A stretch of 64,000 bases of DNA from Felis catus (lineage: Eukaryota), in the NCBI RefSeq assembly GCF_018350175.1, contig NC_058368.1, positions 31,250,001 to 31,314,000 on the forward strand, in the 5' to 3' direction. The notes under the pieces were generated by a model. That model made no database searches, was not told the origin of the DNA, and worked only from the letters and a program-made list of their open reading frames with translations. Shown here piece after piece: positions 41,741 to 55,229 of the stretch (the stretch's first letter is position 1; each line of letters opens with the position of its first letter). The position numbers and the translations under genes are program-made.

Positions 41741-42189
41741 TGCATTAGTTTCCTGGGGCTGCCATAACAAATTGCCACATACTGGGTGACTTCAAACCGC
41801 AGAAATTTATTCTCTTACAGTCCAGAAAGCCAGAAGTCCAAAACCGAGAAGTTGGCAAGTTTAGTTCTTTCTGGAATTTCCAAAGGAGAAACTGTTCTGT
41901 TCCTTTCTCTTAGCTTCTGGTAGTTGCCAGCAGCAGTCCATGGTGTTCCTTGACTTATAGATACATCACTCCAACCTCTGCTTCCATCTTCATACAGCAT
42001 CCTTCCCTGTATTTCTGTGTATTGTCACAGAAATGACCTTTATAAGGACATCAGTCGTGGGATTTAGGGCCTACCTTAATCCAGTATTATACCTACAAAA
42101 AGTCCATTTTCAAATAAAGTCACATTCTGATGTTGCAGATGGGCATGGGGGGGGGGGAGGGAGAAGGGGACACTATTTAACCCAGCACC
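41741..42189 (-). mobile_element. MaLR solo LTR, MLT1C-like
   Basis: tgcattagtttcctggggctgccataacaaatt...gaaatttattctcttacag...gacactatttaaccc. 5-bp TSD ccatg/ccata. Confidence 0.85.
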
Positions 42190-42454
42190 CCATATTCCCT
42201 ACTTTGGCCAACAAAATATGAGAAGTGTTTCATGCATTTTGGGTTTAAATGCTAACATTTTGTCTGCCATACTCTCTTACTTTTCTCCTGACTCTGCCAA
42301 TGTATTAAAATGGAACCTCCATCAGCCCAGAAAAGAACCTCTGTAGTGACATATGATGTAACAGATCTCATGTACAATACATAGACATAATTGTTTTAAA
42401 ACACTAAGCTTTTCAAGTTTTTTGTTTTTTTCCCACGGAATACCTGGGTATAAT

Positions 42455-43520
42455 GACTGATTAAAAAATTAGTACTTGATCAGAAGTGCTTCCTTAACAG
42501 TCAACCTAAAATATGTGTCACTAGCTTTGAAGCCAGTTATTTGGTGGCAAGGAAATTTTTAGAGGAATCTTAATTGTAATCATTGCATGTTATGCAATGA
42601 TTAAATATTTAGAAAAAGTATCATATGTGATAATTTACAAGGGAGGTATTGAACCTACTAAGCTGTATCTTTACATGAAGAGGTGAAAATCAATGGTAGT
42701 AGCATGTTGTCTTATTGGTTGCACTTGCCAGGATAATACAAGAGACATAAGCTCAGAAAAGACCTAGCTATTTTGCAAGCAGAATGTAAAGAAAGGGTCA
42801 AATGGCTTTCTGGGTTGCAAGTTTAACCAATACTCATCTTTACTTATTATATGCACAACAAGAGGTTGAATAAAAAAGGCCAACTAAAACTCAGGCTTAA
42901 GGATCAATATCAGGGTGTAGTTATCACACCCATTTACAAATCTCTTAATGGATATATTTTCCCCACAAATTCCTTCATTTGGAAAAAATATAGCCTAAAG
43001 AAAAGAGAAAAACAGCATTCTCCCCGATGGAAGCCCAATACGCTTACATTTGTTCAAATTAAATCCAGGGGAAGAGACATGGTTTCAGAAGAATTGGTGT
43101 TGTCTACTGACACATGAGACTCATAGCACTCCAACAGATAAGAAAACAGTTAACTTTTTGAAAGAATTGTACAGACAACAAAACTTGGACTTAAAATCAT
43201 TGTGAGTTTTTTTGATAGTTAAAACAAAGGCTGACCTCCCCAAATTGTTATTTTTATTTTTTTTACATTTATTTATTTTTGAGAGACAGAGAGAGACAGA
43301 GCACAAGTCGGGGAGGGGCAGAGAGAGAAGGAGACACAGAATCTGAAGCAGGCTCCAGGCTCCAAGCTGTCAGCGAAGAGCTAGACGCGGGGCTCAAACT
43401 CACAAACCGTGAGATCATGACCTGAGCCCAAGTCTGACTCCCAGCAGACTGAGCCACCCAGGCGCCCCCGACCTCTCCAAATTCTATGGACAAGAAACAG
43501 GCAGAGATGATCAACTACAT
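42455..43520 (+). mobile_element. MaLR internal-sequence remnant (MLT1-int-like), interrupted by a SINE
   Basis: taacagtcaacctaaaatatgtgtcactagctttg...gttatgcaatg...agagacataagctcagaaaaga resembles the MLT1 internal 5' region. Confidence 0.45.
43247..43469 (-). mobile_element. SINEC_Fc2-type CAN-SINE
   Basis: TSD gacctc(c/t)ccaaatt. Confidence 0.94.
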
Positions 43521-43909
43521 AGAAGTTCATATAACATTAGAATATTTGTCTTATTGGCAAAAACAAATTATCGTAGAAAATTATCCATTAATTTTAGCTA
43601 TAAATAAATATAGCTATACATAAAAGTTCTTCATTATTTTTGCAATATGAAAATATATCATACTGCCTGGTGGTTATTGGTAGTTACTGATTATTTCCAA
43701 TATATATAACATGAGAATAAATATAGATACTTCCTTTTATTTATGTTTTCATGTAATTGGAGAAGCAGTAAGCTAATAATAGGTGCAGATTCAAACATTT
43801 GCCAAAATTTAAATCTTTTGTATTTTTGTCTCACTTTCCACAAGAGATAGTGTAGTGTGGAAAACTTTTCAAATGTCTTTCAAAATGCAAATTTAGAGGA
43901 AAAAAATAA

Positions 43910-44117
43910 TTTTTTAAATGTTTATTCATTTTTTTGAGAGAGACAGACAGAGTGTGAGCAGGGGAGGGGCAGAGAAAGAAGGAGACAGAATCCAAAGCAG
44001 ACTCCAGGCTCTGAGCCGTCAGCACAGAGCCTGATGTGGGGCTTGAACTCATGAACCGTAAGATCATGACCTGAGCCGAAGTCAGCCGCTTAATCAACTG
44101 AGCCACCCAGGCACCCC
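43910..44117 (-). mobile_element. CAN-SINE (Fc2-like)
   Basis: Full antisense body ending gagccacccaggcacccc. Confidence 0.93.
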
Positions 44118-45067
44118 TAGAGCAAATTTTTAAAAAGGAATCTTTCAATGTTTTAATAAACTAGAGATTAAAGCAATGTTTTTCATTTTCTAGTTTTTGT
44201 TTTTTTTTTTTTTAATTTCCACTAGAGAACAATGTTTGTCTTCAAAAGCATGCTCTAATTTTAGCAGCAGGTACATTAGAATATTTCAGGTAGGACATTT
44301 AGGTACATATGCCCACAATGCAAACCTGAATATGTTGCTTCCTGTTGCTAAGACTGACTGAATCAGGCTGTGAGCCTCACTCGTCCTCACAGCAGTAGAC
44401 ATAGTGAGAAAACAGAAGACAATGGGGCGGGGGGTGGGGGCGGGGGGGGGGGAACAAAACACAAGGCTTTGTATCACATTGTGTATAAAACCAGGTAAAT
44501 CTGATCTTAGAACAATGCACACTTTTGATATGCAGTGCTAGCTACTGTAGTAGGGGAAGGCAGTTCAGTAATAAAAGTAGAAAGCGATGAAAGGAGTAAA
44601 CATCAAAGAAATAAAAAAAACAAGATGTGGTTTATGGTTTAAATAAAAAAATCTGTACAGGCTGCATTTTGAATGTTCAGAAAACAAGTAAGCTAAACAC
44701 AAGCTATATGTTTTCTTGTCAAAACAACGGTATGAACTCCATCAGTATTAAATGGGTATGAACTCCATCAGTATTAAACGGGTCCATCTGTGTGCATGAC
44801 TGCACTTTTGTAAAACCAGTAACTTTGAAGAGTGCCTTTGACATTATTTCAAGCTAGAATCTGTGATAGGATTGTTATGTCAATTATGAGTAGTTGATCA
44901 AGTAATAAATTATTTAGTCATAGACATGAAAACACATTTGAAGAGCATTTTCAATAGTTTAATGTAAGCTTAAAAAATGAAGCAAGAAAAAAAAATTCAG
45001 TACAAGTGACAACTGCTTGCAGAACTGAAGAGAAATGGAGAATATGTTTAAAACTTCCTATATTTTA

Positions 45068-45195
45068 GGGGCTTCTGGGTGGCTCAGTCAGTTAAGCGTC
45101 TGACTCTTGATTTTGGCTCAGGTCACCATCTCATGGTTTGTGGGCTCAAGCCCTACATCTGGCTCCATGCTGGAGGCGCAGAACCTGCTTGGGAT

Positions 45196-45226
<31 letters not shown>

Positions 45227-45281
45227 CTCTCTCTCTCTGTCCCTACCCTGCTCTCTCAAAATAAATAAACTTAAAAAAAAA
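45068..45281 (+). mobile_element. CAN-SINE
   Basis: Head, long (CT)n and A tail. Imperfect TSD tcctatatttta/tcctacacttta. Confidence 0.92.
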
Positions 45282-45338
45282 TCCTACACTTTAAAAGCTG
45301 TACTTAATGTGTTTTGCTTATAAAAATGATTATATTTT

Positions 45339-45602
45339 GGGGGGGTGCCTGAGTGACTCAGTCGGTTAAGCGGCTGACGTTGGCTCAGATAACGATCTCA
45401 CTATTCTTGATTTCGGGCCCTGCATTGGGCTCTGCACTGACAGCTCAGAACCTGGAGCCTGCTTTGGATTCTGTGTCTCCCTCTCTCTCTGCCCCTTCCC
45501 TGCTTATACTCTGTCTCTGTCTCTTTCTGTCTGTCTCTCTCTCTCTCAAAAATAAATAAATAAATAAATTAATTAATTAATTAATAAACAAACAAACGTT
45601 AA
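45339..45602 (+). mobile_element. CAN-SINE (Fc2-like)
   Basis: Full body with (taaa/ttaa)n tail. TSD aaaaatgat..atttt. Confidence 0.92.
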
Positions 45603-45904
45603 AAAATGATATTTTAATGTAAAGTTACAAGTTACATATTATTAATAACAAACGCCTTGCCTTAATGTCTCTACCTTCCCAATTTTGTTCCATAATAATG
45701 AAATCATGAAAGTATTCATGTGTCAGAAGAAGAAAAGAACCAGAGATGTTTATTGGTTCCTACCATACCACAAGCATTCCTCTAGACAAGGAGAAATAAA
45801 GTACTATGTATACCACTGGGATATTACATAGTAGTAGCAGGAGAAGACAAGGAAATAGATTACAGCATATTAGAAGTGGTATTAGAAGAGTAGCAGAAAA
45901 TCTC

Positions 45905-46270
45905 TTGTACAGGTTCTAGCCACAGACAATTCCTGAGAGGAGACTGGACCGATAGTAGCTTATTTGGTTAATGATCCTAAGAAACACCAGTAGGTCAGGG
46001 AGCAAGTGAAACAGAGAAGGGAGAAAAGACCAACAGCTAATATCAAAAAAGCAGGGCGCTGTTTGGGTCAACTGGGACACTGAGAGATGGTATAGCATGC
46101 CTAAGGTGCTAGTATTTGTCCTTGGTTAGTGTTTCTCAAGGACTTCAGCTCTGTGGCATTTCAGCCAGGCCAGCGCTTGCAGGGGCTTGCAATGACACAT
46201 AGCCGGATGGTACAGGGACCGATGGAGAGGGAGGGACGTGGACAGGAGAGTTGTTACTATCAGTTATAGA
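45905..46270 (-). mobile_element. ERVL LTR remnant, LTR16-like
   Basis: gtagcttatttggttaatgatcctaagaaacacc...aagtgaaacagagaagggagaaaagaccaa. Confidence 0.55.
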
Positions 46271-46875
46271 AGTATACCAAAATGCACCTGCCCTAAAGGA
46301 AGAATGGGATTGGGGGAGAACTGGATGTTCCTTCCAAGAAAAAATTAAATGAACTGAATTTTAAAAGTTAAGTCGGATTTAGCAAGAAGCATGATGCAGG
46401 GAAAATACCAAAAGCAACAACAACAACGACAAAAACTCCAAAACAAGAAAGTTAAAGCGCAGCATGCCACACCTTCAGAAGATGGTAGCTTATTTAAAAT
46501 TTTGTTTCTTTTTGTTTTTGTGCTTGCTTTGAAGGGCGTGAGCAGAAAAAGGAATGAATATTTTAAATTTTAACAGAGTCCTTTCTCGGACATTGTGGTT
46601 TAGTTTAGAAGAGTTATCTTGAAAACCATGGGAAAACTGTGAGAATTTTAAGAAGGGCTCTTCTTTTAATCCTTCTTCATTTGTTTTCTCTTTTTTTTTT
46701 CCAAATATGTACTGAGCCACTTCTCTCTATCAGATTTTGCATGAGGTCCTGAAGATAAAATATTTTCTGTCTCTGTCCAACTGGGGAAAAGACAAACCAG
46801 TGGTTTTTAACATAATCATTTACGTGGTATGCTAAGAGTGGCCAAGTTGCAATAGGAAGTTGTTAATAGGGAATC

Positions 46876-47326
46876 TGTAATAGTTGAATATGGTTCCCTC
46901 CAAATTCACGCTCAGCTGTAACCTTGTGTTGTGACCTGATTTGGAAATAGGGTCTTTATAAATGTAATTAGTTAAGATGAGGTCATACTGGGTTACAACA
47001 GACCCTAAAGTAAATGACTGGTGCCTCTGCATATGGCCGTGTGGAAACACAGACACACTCTGGGGGAAGAAGAGCATGTGGGGGACAGAGACAAGGACTA
47101 GAATGACACAGCTACAAGTCCTGGATCATCTAAGACCATAGGCAACCACCAGAAGTTAGGAGAGAGGCATGGGACGTTTTCCCCCTAGAGTCTTCAGAGG
47201 GACCCTGGCCCTGCCGACACCTTGATTTTGGACTCTAGGCTCTAGAATTGTGAGCAAATAAATTTCTGTTGTCTTAAGCCATCCATTTGCAGTATTTTGT
47301 TAGGTCAGCCCTGGGATTCTAAGAGA
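46876..47326 (+). mobile_element. MaLR solo LTR, MLT1C-like
   Basis: gtgacctgatttggaaatagggtcttt...aagatgaggtcatactgg...ccctgccgacaccttgattttggac...aataaatttctgttg. 5-bp TSD gaatc/gcatc. Confidence 0.88.
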
Positions 47327-47459
47327 GCATCTTACTCAAACCTGAGGAAAGTTGAAGAGAATGGTTGGCATTGGGAGGGAATATTTCAAGCAACATGAAG
47401 CAAGATATATAAATATCCAGAAGAGAGGGAGAAGAATTTGCTCTTGAATAACAGAAGAG

Positions 47460-47642
47460 TTTTTAAATGCTTATTTATTCATTTATTTATTTATTTTGAG
47501 AGAAGGAGAGAGCTAGATTCTCAAGCAGGCTCCACACTCAGTGTGGAATCTGACGTGGGGCTTGATCTCATAACCATGAGATGATGACCTGAGCCGAGAT
47601 CAAGACTTGGACGCTTAACCGACTGGGCCACCCAGGCACCCC
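47460..47642 (-). mobile_element. CAN-SINE (shortened CT region)
   Basis: Antisense head ...cttaaccgactgggccacccaggcacccc. Confidence 0.9.
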
Positions 47643-48507
47643 AAGAATCTTTTTTTATAAGAGGAAATACTGAAGTGTGAGGTGAGGAGACTAAGCTAGG
47701 GAACAAAACAGGGACTATTTAATAAAGGTGCTTGGTGCTTATAAGTTAAGGATGTCAGGGCAGCCATCACATGGTCTTAAGCAAGAAAAACAGAATCATA
47801 CTTGAAGTTTATAAAAATCACTACAAGTGCATTATATTCTCCACAAGAGAATGGGCAGAAGAGGGACAAATCTGACGGCAGAAATACCAGCCATGAGGTT
47901 ATTTTAGAAGTCCAGATAGAAAGTAATCATTAAATAGGGAAGGTGCCAGTGAGGATGGAAAGGTGTGGGTAGTTTTGAGAGACATTTATGAAATAAATGA
48001 ATTTTTACAATTTGATGACTGTTAAAGTGTAGATAGTAAGGAAGAGAATGCTGTCCAGGGTGATCAGACATCTGCTTGGACCACTACGTGCAGTGACATT
48101 CACTGATTTAGAACAAAGAGAAGAATGAGCAGGTGTATGAGGGAGAGCTGATCTTAGGTTTGGACATACTATGTTAAGGTGTCTTTGGGATGTATAAGTG
48201 AATACATCTAATGACCTGTTGAATATGTGGGTCTGATGCTCAAAAGAGAGATATTTGTGAAACAGTTGGAGGGGGAAATACTGATCAAGGAAACAATCAG
48301 ATTAGTGGTAACGATTAGTGGAAACTAGTGGGAAAGGATAGTAGGGATAAGAACTTGGTTGGGAGCAGAGATTAAAGTGATATTAATGAAGTAAAATATA
48401 CAGGACTTACTGGAGAGGAGAATATTCCTAGAAGGAGGTGTGGAAATACTATGTTTTATTTGGGGAGAAACTTGAACACATACGTACATTAAAAGAAAAG
48501 AACCAAT

Positions 48508-48782
48508 GGGGAGCCTGGGTGGCGCAGTCGGTTAAGCGTCTGACTTCAGCCAGGTCACGATCTCGTGGTCTGTGAGTTCGAGCCCCGCGTCGGGCTCTGG
48601 GCTGATGGCTCAGAGCCTGGAGCCTGTTTCCAATTCTGTGTCTCCCTCTTTCTCTGCCCCTCCCCCGTTCATGCTCTGTCTCTCTCTGTCCCAGAAATTC
48701 TGTGTCTCCCTCTTTCTCTGCCCCTCCCCCGTTCATGCTCTGTCTCTCTCTGTCCCAAAAAAAAAAAAAAAAGTTGAAAAAA
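48508..48782 (+). mobile_element. SINEC_Fc with an internal 64-bp tandem duplication
   Basis: TSD aaaagaaaagaaccaat. The 3' body is repeated at 48632-48693 and 48696-48757. Confidence 0.96.
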
Positions 48783-49892
48783 AAAAGAAAAGAACCAATA
48801 AAGATGGACAGATTAAAAACAAAGCTGAGCGAGATCCATTCAGAAAACAGGTTTGTTGTAAAGGATAATTATGAGCCAATGAGGCATCCTTGATACCTAG
48901 ATGATTCGTGAACTAAGACACAGCCAGGATTTGCTCAGTGACTGTGTATATAAAAGATGGCAGGCACCCTCAAGAAGATTATATCTCCATGTGCAACATC
49001 AAAAGCTGTCCCATTTTTCTCTTTAGCAGCATCACTTAATAGTGGAGGTGAAGGATGATGATCCTGGACTGTGAGGGCTGGAAAAAATTTGCAACATGGA
49101 AAGAAGCTTAAATAATAGAAATACATGTATAAATCTTCATAATAGCTTTTCTAACAGCTGGGCTTGAGATGTTTTGTCACATATTCCTGGCCACTCGCAG
49201 GTTTTATACAGTCAGTAGAGCTGGACTGGCCTTGGTACTCACTACTTCAGGAACTTTACAGAGATCACCGAGGACGTGGAAGCAAGTCACAGATTCGAGT
49301 TTTTAAATGGATCCTGTGAAGGAAGGAAATACAGAGGTGAAAACTGGGATATATTTGAAGGTGTGGGATTTGCATGAGGAAGAGAGATGGGAACTGATAG
49401 TGTCCAGTTTCTCTATAAGGTAAGAGGTAAGGCTAGTTGCTGAGAATGAGGGTGGCAGGAGTGGTTAATGGGTGGAGGATGGTGAAAGAGCTCATTTGGG
49501 ACAAAAGAGAAAAGTTGTCACGTAGAACACTGCTGTTCAGTATTGAAGACCTCGTAATCATTTCCTAATATATTTTATCAGAACTGTAGTAGAAAGAGGT
49601 TGTGAACCACAAAACACTAAGTAGTGTAGGTTTAGTTTGTGATTCAGCAAATGAGTGGAGTCCATTGTGGTCCTGATCGCTGTTTGCTAATACACTATTG
49701 GTCAAGGGCAGTGATGGTTCACGTGTTCATTTAGAAACAATAGCACGTGAAAAGTTGCAGTATATAAAATGCAGCTTTTCTTTGTTAGTTTTTGCTGTTC
49801 ATTTCCTTTACCTTTCTCTTTTAAATTTTTCTTCCTTTCCCTTTTTCTATCCTTCACTTTGTTAATGTTTTCCTTTTTCTTCATTTTATTTT

Positions 49893-50115
49893 AATTTATT
49901 ATAATTTTGTTAATGTTTATTTATTTTTGAGAGATAGAGAGAGACAGAGCATGAGCAGGGAAGGGGCATAGAAAGAGGGAGACACAGAACCTGAACGAGC
50001 TCTAGGTTTTGAGCTGTCAGCATAGAGCCTGACACAGAGTGTGAACCCACAAGCCCTGAGATCATGACCTGAGTTGAAGTCAGATGCTTAAGAAAATGAG
50101 TCATGCAGGCGACCC
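49893..50115 (-). mobile_element. CAN-SINE
   Basis: TSD tcattttatttt. Confidence 0.9.
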
Positions 50116-50891
50116 TCCTCATTTTATTTTCAGCAAGCATATGCTTTTTTTTTTACATCTTGTAAACTCTGCTTTTATTATATTTCAGATTTACATATTT
50201 GACATTTAAAAAGTCAGGTAATACATTCAGACTTACCAGGAAATGCAATTAATTTCTAGACTTACTATTCCTTTCCCAAGTTTCTTGGCAAATACTTCAC
50301 CTGTTTGAATCAAGACTTCTGCTATTTGTTTATTTAAGGTTTAGATATTAACTTTTTTCTCCTAAAAACGGCAGTTGAGGATTTAAATCTCCTGCACCCA
50401 CCCCTCAAAGGTACATTTCCCACTCTCCTTCGTCCTGCCATAATTTTATCACAATATTGATTACATCAACTCTTATTTAGGATTTTTAAGATGTTGACTA
50501 TGTGGATATTTTTCAGAGCAGAAACAACCCCCCCTTCCCTTATCCAACTTTTTAAATTTCACTGGAGGTTATAATTACCTGGAAGTTCTTTGGCTGAATT
50601 TTCTATGTACCCTGGCACTATCTCAGAACCAAATCTCCAATAGAAAGGTGCATTTCCTCTTGGGATGGTAAAACTCATCAAGGAATTTACAAGTTCCATT
50701 TGTGTACTTTTGCCTTTCTCAAACTGTCCATCTTTCTCTCCCAGTGTATGCTGATAATCTCAAACTCTGACAGCCCTTGTTGATATTTCTTTTCATCCTC
50801 AGCTTGGAGATTCTATTTGTCTCTTTCCTGTTATATATTCTACATTGGCTGCCATCTCTTATACCTTCTTTGAGAACACAACCTATACCTG

Positions 50892-51632
50892 TGTCAAAGC
50901 AAAAATTGCACCCAACAATTTAAACAAGCAAGGGAGGCCTAATTCAAAGCGACTGTAATAACAGAGTGAGACCAAAACTTTGAGCTCAACTCCAGTGAAA
51001 GAAAAGGCTGGAAAGTTTTTAACTGGTGACTTGGAGGGAATTGTTGACCATCTGTGCTTGCTAACAGGCTTTATCTAAAGAAAAATATCTTTATGACAGA
51101 AAGTAGTTTTACAACTTGGAGGAAGGTGCCTGCTTAAGGTAGAATCCTACTCTGTCAGGGAAACAGTGATCAAATGTCAAAGAGATGGTTCCAGGGTTCC
51201 AGAGAAAGATACGCCTGGATTATAAAACTACCAAGAGTCTTTTGAGACGATTTACATCTCAAAGAAGCAGAGAACTAATTTACAATTACAAGTTTTCTAA
51301 AGCTAATGCTTTAAGAAAAGGAGGTCAGAGGGCTCCTGGGTGGATTAGACTGTTAGGAGTTCCGACTTTGGCTGAGGTCATGATCTTGAGGTTTGTGAGT
51401 TCCAGCCCTGTGTTGGGCTCTGTGCTGACCATTCAGAGTCTGGAACCTGCTTTAGATTCTGTGTGTGTGTCTCTCTCTGCCCTCCCCCGCTCACACTCTG
51501 TCTCTATCTCTCTCAAAAATAAATAAACATTAAAAAAAGAAAAAAAGAAGAAGAAGGTCAGGCACCTAGAGTAATGAAGAAGTTTGTCTAAATTTTAGTA
51601 TTGCTGAGGGAGATATTAGGGGCTTCTTGGTT
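50892..51632 (-). mobile_element. ERV1 solo LTR, MER67-like, with a nested CAN-SINE
   Basis: Reverse complement begins accaagaagcccctaatatctcccctcagcaatactaaaatttagacaaacttcttc and contains ctttagaaaacttgtaattgtaaat...ctttgagatgtaaatc. Confidence 0.75.
51329..51545 (+). mobile_element. CAN-SINE nested in the MER67-like LTR
   Basis: TSD aaggaggtcag/aagaaggtcag. Confidence 0.9.
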
Positions 51633-51634
51633 GT

Positions 51635-53060
51635 CTTAGGGAGTTGGCTAGTCTTTTGAAACATTTTTGAAACTTTTTTGAAATATTATGTGTCTCCCGC
51701 TTAAATGACAGTTTGTTTTGATGTAGAATTCTAGATTGAAAGTCATTTTTCCTCATAATTAAGGAGGCTATTGTTTCAATGCTTTCTAGTTGCAATGCTA
51801 TTAACAAATGGTATGCTACTCTCATTTTAGATCTTTAATATGTGCATCTTTTTTTTTCCTTTCTGTAAGATTTTGGTCTTATTTTTGCTCCTACAATTCT
51901 GAATTTTAATTCAAAAATATGTTTTTGTGTGGGTCTCAGTTCATTCTGCCAGGTCTGCAGTATGCTTTTTGTGATGAAAAACTGTATCCTTTAGTTTAAG
52001 GAAATGTTCTTACAGTATTTCTTTGATGGTTTCCCTTCTATTTTTTCTTCCGTTTACTTCTGTATTATTGGAATGTTGACACTTGTGGGTTGATTATTTT
52101 CTTAAATCTTTTTTTCTTCCTATATTTCCAATTCACCTTTGCTGTTGTTTTTCTGATTTTCTGCAATCTATCTTCAAGTTCAGCTTCCATTTTTCTCTAA
52201 TTGTATGGTGGTGGTGAAAGTGGTGGCTATTTTTCAAGTTTTGCCCTTCATTTTATAAATTCCAGGAGATCTTTCCTGTTGTCTATATTTTTTTTTCCTG
52301 TAGTGCCTTCTGTGACTAGTGACCCAATGATGTCTCTTAGCTTGATAGACATTTTGAAGTTTCCCAGTACTCCCCACATGCTCCCTCTTTCCTCCAAATT
52401 GCACTTTCTTGTATATATTTTTGTCCACATGCTCGTTGCTTTTTGTTTTATTTTGTTTGTCTCTTTCTTACATATCATTGGCTTTCCTCAAGTGTCTGCT
52501 GATTATTACCTGCCATTTATACTTAAGTGTGAGGTCCTGAAAAGGTGATGGTCAGCTTTTGTGCACAGGTGAGCTTTGTTTATACCAGTCCTCATTACAG
52601 AGTGATAACACAGAGGCCTAGCAAACCTGTTGGGGCTTCTTCTAAATGCAGGGATCTATAGATCTTTTCTGCTGGACTCTCCAATATTCTTGGTTGGGAC
52701 ACTGGGTTATAAGTGAATATAGTGACCTTGACTTCCACTTGTTGTATTGAGTACTGAGTCTCACCTCTACTCCCACGTTTGCCCTGAACTCTAGGTGCAG
52801 GGCCTCTCCAGTTAACTCTCCAAATGGATGACCCCTCATTTTCCTTCACTGCTGGTGGAAGCAGTTGCCTACATGTAAGTCCTTCAGGCGTTTGGAGGTC
52901 TGATTGCCTCTAAAGACGTTTGTGTAGAGCGAGCTGCTTCTCAAATTCCTGAGATTTTCCAGGTTTGCTTCTTGTTGATTCTCCTCTGGAGTCCTGTAGA
53001 TATCCATCCTTTTCTTTTTTGCCCAGTCAGGTATCACTTGCCTGTCAGCTTGCCCTGTGT
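51635..53060 (-). mobile_element. Ancient L1ME/HAL1-like ORF1/5' fragment
   Basis: Minus frame KNDFQSRILHQNKLSFK resembles the L1 ORF1 C-terminal motif (FQPRILYPAKLSFK). Similar in character to 9880-11790. Confidence 0.55.
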
Positions 53061-53139
53061 TCAACATGTGTTTTGCACTCTTGTTTACTTCATGTTGGTT
53101 ATTTCATGTTTATATATAACATATATATAACTGTTCCAC

Positions 53140-53200
53140 GTGTGTGTGTATAAATATAAATATATATATGTATATATATATATATATATACATATATATA
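53140..53200. repeat. (TG)n/(TA)n compound microsatellite
   Basis: Direct reading. Confidence 0.9.
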
Positions 53201-53290
53201 AATTCTTAAGTGTTTTTTGTAGATTTGGGGAAGAATTTTACATAACACATGTATTCAATGTGTTGTTTCAATTCAAAGAGACATTAGTTT

Positions 53291-53517
53291 GTTTTTTTTT
53301 TAATTTTTTTTCAACGTTTTTTATTTATTTTTGGGACAGAGAGAGACAGAGCATGAACGGGGGAGGGGCAGAGAGAGAGGGAGACACAGAATCGGAAACA
53401 GGCTCCAGGCTCCGAGCCATCAGCCCAGAGCCTGACGCGGGGCTCGAACTCACGGACCGCGAGATCATGACCTGGCTGAAGTCGGACGCTCAACCGACTG
53501 CGCCACCCAGGCGCCCC
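53291..53517 (-). mobile_element. SINEC_Fc (young)
   Basis: Near-consensus with CpGs intact. Perfect TSD gagacattagttt. Confidence 0.97.
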
Positions 53518-54353
53518 GAGACATTAGTTTTAAAACACACTCAAGAAACATTACCCATTTGTTTTCCATGTTGTAATAGATTGTAAATTGAGATATCGGC
53601 CACATAGGCTACTTAGACTATGTTGATTTGTTTGAGGGTATTTTGGCTTAGGATGTAATTGTAAGATTTTTTTTTTTTTTTTAATTTCAGGTAGCTGGAT
53701 ATAATTGTAGGATTTAAAAAAATATTTCAACCAGTGGAGAATTGGGATATTCACAGTATGTGTTGGGGGGTGGATTTTAAATAAGAGGAAAATATAGGAA
53801 AAAGAGAATATGAGAAACTAGGACTAGACAATAAGGAAGCATGGGTGACATTTTAAAAGTGCTTGATAGAATACTTGAGAACTTACTTCTTGAAAACTTT
53901 CATTTATCAACATAAATATGGTGACTAATCTCATTTCAGATTTCAGAAAAGCTTTGTAGTAGATAACCATATCTATACCTCTCTCTATATATATAAAGTA
54001 CACACTTAAATATAAATATATGTTGATATACATACATATATATGTTTATATAATTGTATAAGATTTTTAAAAGAATGACATACACTACCAAAATTTCTGC
54101 AACTATAGTTCGCATGTATCCTAACAACTAGTAACATGAAGGCACAATGTTACTTTACTTGAAATGGAATATTAAAAGGCATCGAGGAAACATTAAACAA
54201 AAGGAACATTGAGCATTCAACAATAAAAAATATATTTTATATTCTTAAAAATAATTTAAGATGATTCACTAGCCAAAAGAAAGTATTTGGGGTTTCTTTG
54301 CCTGTCAAACTGATCTTTACGCTTTAGAAAAAAAAAATTAAAAAATTGTCATG

Positions 54354-54572
54354 GGGGCGCCTGGGTGGCTCAGTCGGTTAAGCGTCCGACTTCGGCTCAG
54401 GTCACGATCTCGCGGTCCGTGAGTTTGAGCCCCGCGTAGGGCTCTGTGCTGACTGCTCAGAGCCTGGAGCCTGTTTCACATTCTGTGTCTCCCTCTCTCT
54501 CTGACCCTCCCCCATTCATGCTCTGTCTCTCTCTGTCTCAAAAATAAATAAACCTTAAAAAAAAATTAAAAA
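54354..54572 (+). mobile_element. SINEC_Fc2-type CAN-SINE
   Basis: TSD aaaaaattgtcatg. Confidence 0.96.
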
Positions 54573-55229
54573 AAAAAATTGTCATGAAGAATAGAGTACT
54601 ATGCTACAATTTACAATGTTTCATAATTATTTACTAAGGTTTTTTTAGTAAGAATGTAAATTATATTTTTAATTAAAATTTTATGTATGATTATACAAGC
54701 CTACTATATACATGTGTTTTTCATGATTATTGGGAATATACTCAAGACTAAATTATTGAACTAATTAGGTATCATAGTCAATACGTTCTCATCTCTGCAA
54801 TTTCTAAAAATTTGGAATACTTGGGAAATACATTGAGTGTGTTTTATTCTTACATTAACACAATTACATTAAAGTAAAACCAGGAACCAAATTCTGTAAC
54901 TGATATATTTGAATACTTGTTTTCTTCTCCTCTGTCAGCTCACCATTCTGTACGTTTACTCCAGAAAGAAAATATGGGGTGTTATTTACATTTCTCTTTA
55001 TCCTTAATCGCTTTATATAGTCTCTAATGTCAAATTGCAGCAAATGAACTGAAGCTGGACTTCATGTAAAGAGACAAGCTGAAACTAGAAGACGGATTAA
55101 TTAGAAAATAGATCATCAGTTTTTAAAAATTAGTACTTTCACACTAAATGTGATGGCTACAGGGCATTGGTAGGAGAAACTTACACTGTTGCCGTTTATG
55201 GTTGAAACAGTTGGAATTCTAGTGAGTGA

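Larger units (their letters stand above)
47340..49520 (-). mobile_element. L2 LINE fragments (antisense), interrupted by SINEs
   Basis: Purine-rich antisense L2 hallmarks (gaggttattttagaagtccagatagaaag; gatggaaaggtgtgggtagttttgagagacattt; ttaggtttggacatactatgttaaggtgtct). Confidence 0.65.

Noticed and set aside
44423..44452. G-run cluster with G-quadruplex potential
   Set aside because: An isolated low-complexity tract with no promoter or gene context, and common by chance.
44728..44783. 26-bp tandem duplication (ggtatgaactccatcagtattaaa x2); other short duplications near 8295, 25432, 32093 and 34208
   Set aside because: Two or three copies with no spacers: ordinary slippage, not a CRISPR-like or functional array.
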